NCBI GenBank assembly: GCA_028378565.1
Contig: JAONMX010000002.1
Coordinates: 8,966-72,965, forward strand
DNA length: 64,000 nucleotides
Reading direction: 5' to 3'
Source: Bacteriovoracaceae bacterium
GTDB taxonomy: Bacteria > Bdellovibrionota > Bacteriovoracia > Bacteriovoracales > Bacteriovoracaceae
In this document: positions 9,362 through 17,481 of the stretch, piece by piece
Layout of the letters: every line of letters starts with the position of its first letter
Numbering within the stretch: the first letter of the stretch is position 1
Translations under genes and position numbers: made by a program
Notes under the pieces: model-generated
Seen by the model: the letters and a program-made list of their open reading frames with translations, nothing else
Told to the model about the DNA's origin: nothing
Databases searched by the model: none

Positions 9362-11548
9362 CTAGAGCTTGTTCTTCGCTTTTTGAAGCTTATGATAGCT
9401 TTCTATGAGCTTTATATGTTTTTCAAGACCTTCTAGTTGATTATTAGTTTTAGTCAGGCCAAAGAAGCGAAGTTCACCAGTAGAGGTCTTCAGAGCGTTC
9501 GAAATTGTTTCTTCTCCAAACATTCTTGTCATATTGGGAAGGTAGTCAGCAAGCTCAAGATCTTCGTTCATCTGGATCTCTATAATGGTATCAAGTGCTT
9601 GATAGAATCTCTTTCTTTCTGGAGAATTATCATTGAAAGTAAAAAACATTTCAACAAAGGACTTTGCTTCTTCAAGGTTACCTAGCGCCAAAAGTGAAAG
9701 ACACTTGAGTTCACCAATCGTAAGCTGACCCCAAACGGAATTCTCATCAAAGGCAATCCCAATAAGTTCAGAAATAGGCATGTAATTATCTAATTCACTT
9801 TCTTCTAGGTTTTCTATTAATTGTTGTAACTTTAAATCATCTAAGGAGTGAAGATTGAGAATATCATCTCTAAAACTTAAAGCTTGATTATTATTATCCC
9901 AAATCAAGTCTTCAGGAAGATAGATCTCTGAGTAGTCTGGTACAAGAATGCGACAGGCCTTTGCTCCTAATTCTTCATAATCAGCTATGTAGACTTCTTT
10001 TTCTAACTCTTTAAGAATATTCATCAGATAATTATATTCATCTTGAGTTGATCCAGATAAGTTCCACTCAACAAAATCATATTCTGTTTTTTCACTAAAG
10101 AACTTCCAAGAAATAACACCGGTAGAATCAATGAAGTGATCAACGATATTATTGTGCTCGCATATGGCACTTTGATTAAAAGTTGGTGCTAGAACATCAT
10201 TCATTCCTTCAAAGCTTCGACCTTGTAGTAGTTCCGTAAGACTTCTTTCTAATGCAACTTCAAACTTTGGGTGTGCTCCAAAAGAAGCAAAAACACCACC
10301 ATTACGTGGGTTCATTAGGGTCACACACATAACTGGAAATTTACCTCCAAGAGAGGCGTCTTTTACAACAATAGGGAAGCCTTGTTCTTCTAACTTCTCA
10401 ATACCTTCTTGAATTTTAGGAAATTTTGCAATGATCTCTTTAGGAACATCCGGCAGTGTTAGCTCTTCAACGATAATTTTATTTTTAACAGCTCTTTCAA
10501 ATATTTCTGAAAGACACTGGACTCTCGCTTCGTAAATAGTGTTACCAGCACTCATTCCATTACTCACAAAGAGGTTTCCAATAAGGTTGACAGGAATATA
10601 AACAAGTTCTTTGTCAGATTGTCTTTCATAAGGAAGAGCACAAATACCTCTTTCAGTATTTCCAGAGTTTGTGTCAATTAAATGTGAGCCTTTTAGTTCA
10701 CCATCATTTCCATAAACTGCAAGAAGTCTTTCATCCATCAGACCGGCTGGGATTGAATCATCTTCAGTGAGTTTAAACCATTTCTCATCTTTGTAGTGAA
10801 CAAAGGAATCATTCGCGATTTCTTCACCAAGGTAGTAGTCATTGTAAAAATAGTTATTACTTATTCTTTCTAGGTATTCCCCAAGTGCTGAGCAAAGTGC
10901 CGCATCTTTTGTGGTCCCTTTTCCATTGGTAAAACACATGGGTGAGTCTGCATCTCTAATATGAACAGACCAAACGTGAGGAACCTGATTTCGCCATGAA
11001 GCGATTTCAATATTAATTCCTAGATCTGTGAGAATGCTCGTCATATTCGTGATTGTTTCTTCGAGAGAACAGTCTTTACCGAGTATCATTGTTTGGCCGC
11101 TAGAGTCTGTTTTATAAGATAAAGTTTCGTCTTGCCCTAGTACATCTTTTGAATCAATTTGAAAGCCTAAATCATTTTGGATAACTCTTTTGACTGTACA
11201 GCGATCCATTGACCTAAGAATACCTTCTTTGTCTTTTTCCGAAATGCTTGCAGGTAATTCAACTTGGATATTAAAAATTTGCTTATAACGATTTTCTGGA
11301 TCGACAATATTATTTTGGGTGAGTTTAATATCTTCTGTAGGAATATCTCTGGCCTTGCAATAAATCTTTACAAAGTATGCAGCACAAAGAGCAGAAGAGG
11401 CGAGGAAGTAGTCAAAAGGACTAGGGGCCGTCCCATCACCCTTATATCTTATTGGCTGATCAGTTTTGATGCTAAAGTCATCGAAATTAGCTTCTAATTT
11501 TAAATTTTCTAAAAATCGTACGTTTACTTGCATAGCTTCTAGTACCAC
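9362..11548 (-). CDS. OsmC-domain / YcaO-domain fusion protein with a TPR-like C-terminal region
   Basis: 728 aa. The N-terminus is OsmC/Ohr-like (GDGTAPSPFDYFLASSALCAAY). A long YcaO-type domain and a helical C-terminus follow. As I recall, this architecture is described as TIGR03549. The track start is a GTG at 11548. An alternative ATG lies at 11533. Confidence 0.8.
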   Translation of the reverse strand: MVLEAMQVNVRFLENLKLEANFDDFSIKTDQPIRYKGDGTAPSPFDYFLASSALCAAYFVKIYCKARDIPTEDIKLTQNNIVDPENRYKQIFNIQVELPASISEKDKEGILRSMDRCTVKRVIQNDLGFQIDSKDVLGQDETLSYKTDSSGQTMILGKDCSLEETITNMTSILTDLGINIEIASWRNQVPHVWSVHIRDADSPMCFTNGKGTTKDAALCSALGEYLERISNNYFYNDYYLGEEIANDSFVHYKDEKWFKLTEDDSIPAGLMDERLLAVYGNDGELKGSHLIDTNSGNTERGICALPYERQSDKELVYIPVNLIGNLFVSNGMSAGNTIYEARVQCLSEIFERAVKNKIIVEELTLPDVPKEIIAKFPKIQEGIEKLEEQGFPIVVKDASLGGKFPVMCVTLMNPRNGGVFASFGAHPKFEVALERSLTELLQGRSFEGMNDVLAPTFNQSAICEHNNIVDHFIDSTGVISWKFFSEKTEYDFVEWNLSGSTQDEYNYLMNILKELEKEVYIADYEELGAKACRILVPDYSEIYLPEDLIWDNNNQALSFRDDILNLHSLDDLKLQQLIENLEESELDNYMPISELIGIAFDENSVWGQLTIGELKCLSLLALGNLEEAKSFVEMFFTFNDNSPERKRFYQALDTIIEIQMNEDLELADYLPNMTRMFGEETISNALKTSTGELRFFGLTKTNNQLEGLEKHIKLIESYHKLQKAKNKL

Positions 11549-11580
11549 TCAGACAAACGTCTTTATAGTGCTAGAAGCTA
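11533..11580 (-). promoter_or_regulatory. Intercistronic stem-loop whose 3' arm abuts the ATG of the OsmC-YcaO gene
   Basis: 10-bp perfect inverted repeat: TAGCTTCTAG (11533-11542) and CTAGAAGCTA (11571-11580), with a 28-nt loop. It lies 13 nt downstream of the YeeE/YedE stop. Confidence 0.35.
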
Positions 11581-11593
11581 AACTAGGTAAGAA

Positions 11594-11998
11594 TTACTTG
11601 AAAATAAGCTTATAAGAGCCCATGCCTACAAGCATTGAGCCAACAAACCAAAAAGCACCTGTTTTGAGGGTTACTAGATTCACAATCCCAGGCCCAGGGC
11701 AAATTCCTGCTAGTCCCCAACCAATACCAAAAAGGGCAGAGCCAATGATGAGCTTTTTATCAATACTCTTGTTGAGAGGAAGAGAGTGTGCGTCTGCAAA
11801 GAGAGGCTTTTTAGATAGAACAAGTTTATAAAAAAGTAGGTTTACGCCAATTGCTCCACCCATAACAAAGGCCAGTGAATAGTCCCACTCTCTAAAGATA
11901 TCGAGAAAGCCAATCACTTTCTCAGGATTAACCATTCCAGAGATAACCAGTCCAATCGCAAATATAATTCCGCTTATTAAGCTTATGATATTTTTCAT
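11594..11998 (-). CDS. YeeE/YedE-family (DUF395-type) sulfur-compound transport membrane protein, second of a pair
   Basis: I prefer the internal ATG at 11998 (MKNIISLISGIIFAIGLVISGM...), which overlaps the upstream stop by 4 nt (ATGA). The protein is small, has about four TM helices and carries a GICPGPG motif. Confidence 0.75.
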   Translation of the reverse strand: MKNIISLISGIIFAIGLVISGMVNPEKVIGFLDIFREWDYSLAFVMGGAIGVNLLFYKLVLSKKPLFADAHSLPLNKSIDKKLIIGSALFGIGWGLAGICPGPGIVNLVTLKTGAFWFVGSMLVGMGSYKLIFK

Positions 11999-12411
11999 AA
12001 AAGTAATCCTTTGATAAGTACAGTGATCACCCCAAAGAACATAAACGTTATTGTTGCCACAAAAGATCTTGCAGATTTTCTTGAGAGACCACAAACTCCA
12101 TGTCCTGATGTACAACCGCTTCCTAGTCTTGTCCCAAACCCAACAATTAACCCTGCTGCGATCATCATGGGAATTGATGATCCTAGATGATAGTCAAAGA
12201 AGTCTGGTCTTAAGGTCTTCATCAGAAGTCCTCCTAATAAAAGACCTCCTATAAAAAAGAACCTCCAACTCTCATGGGGCTTGAATTTTTCTAATAAGGA
12301 ACTAGCAAAAATCCCACTAATTCCTGTAATTTTACCGAGTCCAAAAAGCATTAATGTGCTTGCCAGCCCAATGAGTACTCCACCTGCTAGTGGTAACCAT
12401 ATTGTTTCCAT
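11995..12411 (-). CDS. YeeE/YedE-family sulfur-compound transport membrane protein, first of a pair
   Basis: 138 aa membrane protein with the conserved GSGCTSGHGVCG motif of the YeeE/YedE family. Confidence 0.8.
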   Translation of the reverse strand: METIWLPLAGGVLIGLASTLMLFGLGKITGISGIFASSLLEKFKPHESWRFFFIGGLLLGGLLMKTLRPDFFDYHLGSSIPMMIAAGLIVGFGTRLGSGCTSGHGVCGLSRKSARSFVATITFMFFGVITVLIKGLLL

Positions 12412-12428
12412 TATATTCTCCCTCTATC

Positions 12429-13286
12429 TTAAGAAATTGGAATTCTTAAGTATGATTTTCCATTATCTTCTTCTTTAGGTAAACGTCCACCATGAATATT
12501 TACCTGAATACTTGGCAGTAAAAGCTTTGGTGCTGCTAACGTGGAGTCCCTTTTTTCTCTAAAGGTAATAAACTCACTTTCACTTGTTGATTTTTTTAAT
12601 TGTATATTAGAAGTTTTACTTTCTCCAATGGTTGATTGAAATTTAAGTTTTCTTCCATTTGGTTGATAATCATGTCCTGTATAAAATTTTGTCTCGTCAG
12701 GTAGTTGATAAAGTTTTTCATGTATTGAATGATAGAGTTCCTGTGCACTTCCCATAGGGAAATCACATCTTCCAGTTCCATAATCGGGCATGAAAAGAGC
12801 ATCCCCGGTGAAAAGATTTTCATTTACTAAATATGAGGAACAAGCAGGAGTATGGCCAGGAGTGTAGATAACTTCAATCTCTAAGCTTCCTGCATGAAAG
12901 CTTTTACCTTCTTCAAGTAAGATATCAAATTGAATACCATCGGTGTTAAAATCTTTGAGGTTAAAGATACCTTTAAAAGTCTCTTGAACTAAAGTTATAT
13001 TTTTTCCAATGGCCACTTTTGCATTTGGATATCTTTTTTTCAATTCCATTGCGCCAGTTAAGTGATCTGCATGAGCATGGGTCTCAAGGATAGTATGGAG
13101 CTTAAGATCATTGCTTTTAATAAACTCATCTAACTCATTAACTGATTCAAAACTCGTCTTTGATGAAGCTTGATCGTAATTTAAGACTGAATCAATAACA
13201 ACACAGTCTTTTGTGAGCTTATCGAAAACCACATAAGTGAGGGTGAAGGTGGCCTGATCGAAGAAATGCTTAACTTGTGTACTCAT
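12429..13286 (-). CDS. MBL-fold metallo-hydrolase of the persulfide dioxygenase (ETHE1/Blh-like) type
   Basis: THAHADH metal motif, TPGHTP and a later GHDY. The size and the context with YeeE/YedE and TauE genes match sulfide-detoxification dioxygenases. Confidence 0.75.
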   Translation of the reverse strand: MSTQVKHFFDQATFTLTYVVFDKLTKDCVVIDSVLNYDQASSKTSFESVNELDEFIKSNDLKLHTILETHAHADHLTGAMELKKRYPNAKVAIGKNITLVQETFKGIFNLKDFNTDGIQFDILLEEGKSFHAGSLEIEVIYTPGHTPACSSYLVNENLFTGDALFMPDYGTGRCDFPMGSAQELYHSIHEKLYQLPDETKFYTGHDYQPNGRKLKFQSTIGESKTSNIQLKKSTSESEFITFREKRDSTLAAPKLLLPSIQVNIHGGRLPKEEDNGKSYLRIPIS

Positions 13287-13347
13287 AATTGACTCCCTTT
13301 TTTAATTTGTTACAGTTATAATTTAACTCAGTGATAAAATTAAAACA

Positions 13348-13361
13348 TTGACGTGGATCAA
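13348..13361. promoter_or_regulatory. FNR/CRP-type box TTGAC-gtgg-ATCAA in the divergent promoter region
   Basis: One mismatch to TTGAT-N4-ATCAA. It lies between the MBL-fold gene start (13286, minus strand) and the Crp/Fnr gene ATG (13384). Confidence 0.5.
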
Positions 13362-13383
13362 TGTTATTAGGGTAGTGATTTCA

Positions 13384-13986
13384 ATGATTTATGATCAGGT
13401 AAGTGAGTTTATTTCTCAATTCCCAGTCCAACAACTAGAAAGAAATGATATTCTCTATCACCAAGATGATACTCCCCAGTTTATTTACTTTATTAAAAAA
13501 GGACTCGTGGGGCTTTTCCATATCACAGAAAATGGTAAAGAAACTTTTCTTAGAGTTTTTAGTGATAAGGCCATGCTTGGACACCGCTCTTATTTTGCCG
13601 AACAAAACTATCATGCCACGGCTATATGCTTATCAAAGACGGAAATCATAAAAGTTCCAAAAGAGAAATGTGAAGAAGTTTGTGCAACAAGCCCTAGCTT
13701 TTTAAAAATGGTTTTAAAGAGGGTCGCTACAGATTTAGCTGAAGCCGAGCTAAGGCTTTCTCATATACAGGATAAAACGGCAAAGCAGAGAATTGCAGAA
13801 GCACTCTTATTCTTAAAACTTAAGTATCCAGATATTACTTGGACTAGAAAAGAAATTGCTGAATACTCTTCTAGTACACATGAGTCTGTAGCAAGATTAA
13901 TGACGGAACTAGAGGAACTAAAGATTATAAAAAAAATTGGAAGAGACTTTGAAATCTTAGATAAAGATAAACTATTACATTTCTAA
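13384..13986 (+). CDS. Crp/Fnr-family transcriptional regulator
   Basis: A cNMP-binding-like beta-roll is followed by a C-terminal HTH whose recognition helix is HESVARLM (Glu and Arg at the FNR E--SR positions). There is no N-terminal FNR cysteine cluster. I prefer the ATG at 13384 over the TTG at 13348. Confidence 0.85.
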   Translation: MIYDQVSEFISQFPVQQLERNDILYHQDDTPQFIYFIKKGLVGLFHITENGKETFLRVFSDKAMLGHRSYFAEQNYHATAICLSKTEIIKVPKEKCEEVCATSPSFLKMVLKRVATDLAEAELRLSHIQDKTAKQRIAEALLFLKLKYPDITWTRKEIAEYSSSTHESVARLMTELEELKIIKKIGRDFEILDKDKLLHF

Positions 13987-13988
13987 TA

Positions 13989-14002
13989 TTGATGACCATC
14001 AA
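13989..14002. promoter_or_regulatory. Perfect FNR-type box TTGAT-gacc-ATCAA upstream of the TauE/SafE gene
   Basis: The palindrome centre lies 32 bp upstream of the centre of a TAATAT -10-like hexamer (14025-14030). This is class II FNR-type geometry. An AAGGAG RBS at 14039-14044 and the ATG at 14051 follow. Confidence 0.6.
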
Positions 14003-14050
14003 CTTTTATTATCTTCAGAACCTGTAATATATAACTCAAAGGAGTTACTT

Positions 14051-14797
14051 ATGTTAGGTTATCTTTTAGCAGGTGTTGCAGGTATTAGTTTAGGTTTACT
14101 TGGCGGTGGGGGCTCAATTCTCACTGTACCAATACTGGTCTACGTTCTTCACATAGATTCAAAAATAGCAGTGGCCTTAAGTCTTGCAATTGTTGGGATA
14201 AGTGCACTTGCTGGTGTCATTGGACATTACCGTAATGGTAATATTGATCTAAAATTAGCAATTGTTTTCGGAGGGTTTGCTCTTCCGGGAACTTTTATTG
14301 GTGCTCAAATAAGCCGCTATATTTCTGGAACGACTCAGTTAATTATTTTTGCCAGTATTATGATTATTGCAGCATCATTTATGTTGAGAGGGCGAAAGGC
14401 CCTAGAAGAAAGTGATGTGAAGTTAAAAGATATAAACTATCCCCTGATCTCAATTTCAGCCTTAGGAGTCGGTGTGATAACAGGACTAATTGGAGTAGGT
14501 GGAGGCTTTCTTATCGTTCCTGCTCTCATGTTCTTTGCAGGTATATCTATAAAAAAAGCAGTAGGAACTTCACTTTTTATTATTGCCTTTAATTCGATAT
14601 TTGGTTTTGCTTCATACCTAAATATAGTGGATGTACCTTGGGTGTTCTTAGGTAAGTTCACAAGTGCATCAGTGTTAGGAATTTTGATTGGAACAAGACT
14701 CGTGAATTATATTCCTCAAGCACTCATGAAGAGAATTTTCGCAATTTTTCTTATTATTATGGGAATGATGATTTTGTATAAGAATATTTATTTATAG
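14051..14797 (+). CDS. TauE/SafE-family sulfite/anion exporter
   Basis: 248 aa polytopic membrane protein with duplicated GGGGS/GVGGGF glycine motifs typical of TauE/SafE (DUF81). Confidence 0.85.
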   Translation: MLGYLLAGVAGISLGLLGGGGSILTVPILVYVLHIDSKIAVALSLAIVGISALAGVIGHYRNGNIDLKLAIVFGGFALPGTFIGAQISRYISGTTQLIIFASIMIIAASFMLRGRKALEESDVKLKDINYPLISISALGVGVITGLIGVGGGFLIVPALMFFAGISIKKAVGTSLFIIAFNSIFGFASYLNIVDVPWVFLGKFTSASVLGILIGTRLVNYIPQALMKRIFAIFLIIMGMMILYKNIYL

Positions 14798-14875
14798 TAT
14801 CTAGTAACTATTACATGTCTATATTTAAAGAGTGGCAGACACCCAAAAGAATGCTAAGTAATAACAGTTATTTAA

Positions 14876-15753
14876 TTGGGGATTGGTTTGTCGAAAGTAT
14901 TAGTACGATTCATTTGTTTATCTACTTTTTATTCTTGCTCAAAGGGTGAGAAGGGTCCTTTGGTCTTTGTGGATAGAATTGGAAATGAGCTCGCTCGTCA
15001 AAAGGCAGTTTCTCTTGAAAACCAAAGAATCTTAGAAGAAGAGCTTTTTCTAAAAAATTTAGAAGCTGAGAAGAAAGTTGAATGGCTTAATATAACTGAG
15101 CAGGCAAAAGAGTCATATCAACCAATCTCTGAATTAGTGAAGAAGAAGTGCTTTGATTGTCATGATTCTAAAACAAAGCTTCCTTTCTATGGGAGAATAT
15201 TTCCTCGCTATAATTTTGTTAATAAACATCAAGTTGATGGTCTCGCTGCACTCGACTTTGCAGAAACTTTTCCTTTGAAAACACCAGTGCTACTCCAGAT
15301 CAAGTGGCCATGTTGAAGGCCATTCGTAATGCCGTTATTGATAAGACTATGCCTCTAAAGTCTTATAAGCTTTTCTACCCATTTAAAAGAATTACGAAAC
15401 AAGACCAAGAGGACTTTTTAAATTGGGTTGATCCCCTGATTGAAGAAATCGAAAACTTTGAGAAGAAGTATGAAATACTCTTAGTTGCTAACAGTATTGA
15501 AGCAAAGACACAGCGACTTATTCAAAAGAAATGTCTTCGTTGCCACGGAAATGGAAATAATCGAGGTGGCTTCGGTGGACTTGAAGATCTAGAGAAAACA
15601 GTACGAAATCCGAAGTTTGGTAATCTTGAAGCACCAGAAAAATCCTTACTTTATACATTGAGCTTTTCCGGCGAAATGCCAACAGACCCTCGTGAGAGAC
15701 TCTCTGGTGAGGAACTTCAGTTAATGCTCGATTATATTGACGGCCTTGAATAA
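14876..15753 (+). pseudogene. Two-CxxCH haem-binding protein (Haem_bd-like domain plus PSCyt1-like domain) interrupted by an apparent 1-nt deletion
   Basis: ORF 14876..15316 carries CFDCH. The rest of that domain (..AMLKAIRNAVIDKTMPLKSY...DFLNW) lies in ORF 15304..15753 in another frame. The second frame is open from 15238. The second domain carries CLRCHG...GEMP. Confidence 0.55.
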
Positions 15754-15800
15754 TTTACAATAATCACAGTGGTTAATTCTTTTTTTGCTATATTAGTTTT

Positions 15801-16256
15801 ATGTTAAAAATCTCTCTCATCTTTAAATTACTTATTATTGCAGTGGTTTCCACTTCTTCGCTTTTCGCCAAGTCACGAAACCTCTCTGATTCTATGAGAC
15901 CTAGTCATTATGAAAAAAGAACAGAGGCCATCTATAATATTGGACTGGCCTATTATGGAGATCATTGGAGTAGAGAAGATTTAAAAAGAATTGTACCTAT
16001 GTTGCAAAAGAGGTTTTCACTAGCAACTCTTTACGGACCAACTAAAGATTCTGATGGAAATATCACTCAACATGGTGGGATTTTCTTTGTCTTAAGTGCT
16101 TCACACTTCATGGGAAAAATGGCCAGAGACTTTACTCTAACTCCAGGAGATGTTGAATTTACTGGTAGAGACGCTCATCGTTACGAAAGTAAGAAAGCTA
16201 AGAAGAAACTAATCAAAAAAATACAAAAAGCTGTAAAAGAATTTAATGAAAAGTAA
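15801..16256 (+). CDS. Hypothetical secreted protein (151 aa)
   Basis: Signal-peptide-like N-terminus and a lysine-rich C-terminus. No recognisable domain. Confidence 0.5.
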   Translation: MLKISLIFKLLIIAVVSTSSLFAKSRNLSDSMRPSHYEKRTEAIYNIGLAYYGDHWSREDLKRIVPMLQKRFSLATLYGPTKDSDGNITQHGGIFFVLSASHFMGKMARDFTLTPGDVEFTGRDAHRYESKKAKKKLIKKIQKAVKEFNEK

Positions 16257-16284
16257 TATACTGAATTAAGTTTATGTTTTATAA

Positions 16285-16308
16285 AGGGCCTTTACGGGCC
16301 CTTTTTTT
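16285..16308 (+). terminator. Rho-independent terminator-like hairpin
   Basis: AGGGCC-tttacg-GGCCCT followed by T7. It lies only 9 nt upstream of the arsC ATG. Confidence 0.65.
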
Positions 16309-16317
16309 ATTGGAAAA

Positions 16318-16743
16318 ATGATGAAAAATATACTTTTTTTATGCACAGGAAACTCATGTCGATCCCAGATGGCCGAAGGATTTGGTAAGGCCTTAAAAGG
16401 AGAAGATTTTCAGTTTTTCTCTGCTGGCACAAAGAAGCATGGGCTAAACCCTAGAGCGATTCAAGTGATGAAAGAAGTAGGAATTGATATTTCAGATCAT
16501 AAATCAAATACACTTGATGAGATTGATTCTAAACTTGATATTATTTACACCGTTTGTAGCGATGCTCATGAAAACTGTCCCTATGTACCAAATGTTAAAA
16601 CTATTCATGTGGGTTTTGAGGATCCACCAAGACTAACGGCTGAGATGAGCGATGAAGAAGAAATTTTAAATGTCTATCGTCGTGTACGAGATGAGATTAA
16701 ATCTTTTATTTTAAATATCGAAAAAACCTTGGAGAATAAGTGA
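16318..16743 (+). CDS. arsC: Arsenate reductase, LMW-PTPase (thioredoxin-coupled) type
   Basis: CTGNSCRSQMAEG P-loop at the N-terminus, plus the downstream Cys (CSDAHENCP) typical of the Trx-coupled ArsC family. Confidence 0.9.
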   Translation: MMKNILFLCTGNSCRSQMAEGFGKALKGEDFQFFSAGTKKHGLNPRAIQVMKEVGIDISDHKSNTLDEIDSKLDIIYTVCSDAHENCPYVPNVKTIHVGFEDPPRLTAEMSDEEEILNVYRRVRDEIKSFILNIEKTLENK

Positions 16744-17456
16744 GATCAAAATATAAACTTTCTCAATACTTTGCAGAACTGATTGGAACTTTCTTTCTCA
16801 TTTTCTTTGGTTGTGGGTCGATGGTTCTCGCTGAAGTTAACCCAAGTTATGATTCAGGTTTTATACCTGTGATATGGGGTGGTGCGGTCCTTATTATGAT
16901 CTATGCTGTTGGGCATATATCAGGAGCACATTTTAATCCAGCAGTAACACTCTCTTTTTGGGTGACGAGAAAATTTCCTTCAAATAAATTATTAGGATAT
17001 CTTTCATTTCAAGTGATGGGTGGATTACTTGCTTGTTTTGCCCTTCGATTTATTTTTGGTGGAGATCATCATTTTGGAGCAACAGTCTTTACGACCTCTG
17101 TTCAAGGTGCTTTTGTTGTAGAGCTTATATTAAGCTTTGCACTGATGTTTGTCATAATGAGTGTGGCAACTGATGCTAGAGCTGTAGGGGAACTTGCAGG
17201 GATTGCCATTGGTGCGACAGTTGGACTTTGTGCCTTTGTGGGTGGCCCTCTAACGAATGCTTCCATGAATCCAGCTAGATCTATTGCACCAGCTATTTTT
17301 AGTGGTGACATTACTCACCTTTGGCTTTATATTTTATCTCCTATTATAGGAGCTATTTTAGGTGCAAAAACCTATGAGTGGATAAGATGTCAAAAGATCT
17401 TATCTGATACTGAAAAACTGGAAAAAGAAGACTCGTCTAAACATGGTTGCTGTTAA
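16740..17456 (+). CDS. MIP-family channel (aquaglyceroporin-like, a probable arsenite channel by context)
   Basis: Two NPA boxes (HFNPAVT, SMNPARS). The GTG start overlaps the arsC stop (GTGA). The C-terminal tail ends in ...KHGCC. Confidence 0.85.
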   Translation: MRSKYKLSQYFAELIGTFFLIFFGCGSMVLAEVNPSYDSGFIPVIWGGAVLIMIYAVGHISGAHFNPAVTLSFWVTRKFPSNKLLGYLSFQVMGGLLACFALRFIFGGDHHFGATVFTTSVQGAFVVELILSFALMFVIMSVATDARAVGELAGIAIGATVGLCAFVGGPLTNASMNPARSIAPAIFSGDITHLWLYILSPIIGAILGAKTYEWIRCQKILSDTEKLEKEDSSKHGCC

Positions 17457-17481
17457 ACTGTAATATTTAAAAAGAGGAAAC

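Noticed and set aside
11999-12115. N-terminal extension of the second YeeE/YedE gene (track start 12115)
   Set aside because: The extension overlaps the upstream paralog by about 120 nt in another frame. The ATG at 11998 gives the classic ATGA coupling and starts directly with a TM helix.
13445-13651. 68-aa alternative-frame ORF inside the Crp/Fnr gene; same-type nested ORFs at 11622..11831, 12051..12254, 35505..35693, 46671..46922 and 63773..63970
   Set aside because: Each is nested within, or antisense to, a gene with clear family motifs. There is no independent evidence for them.
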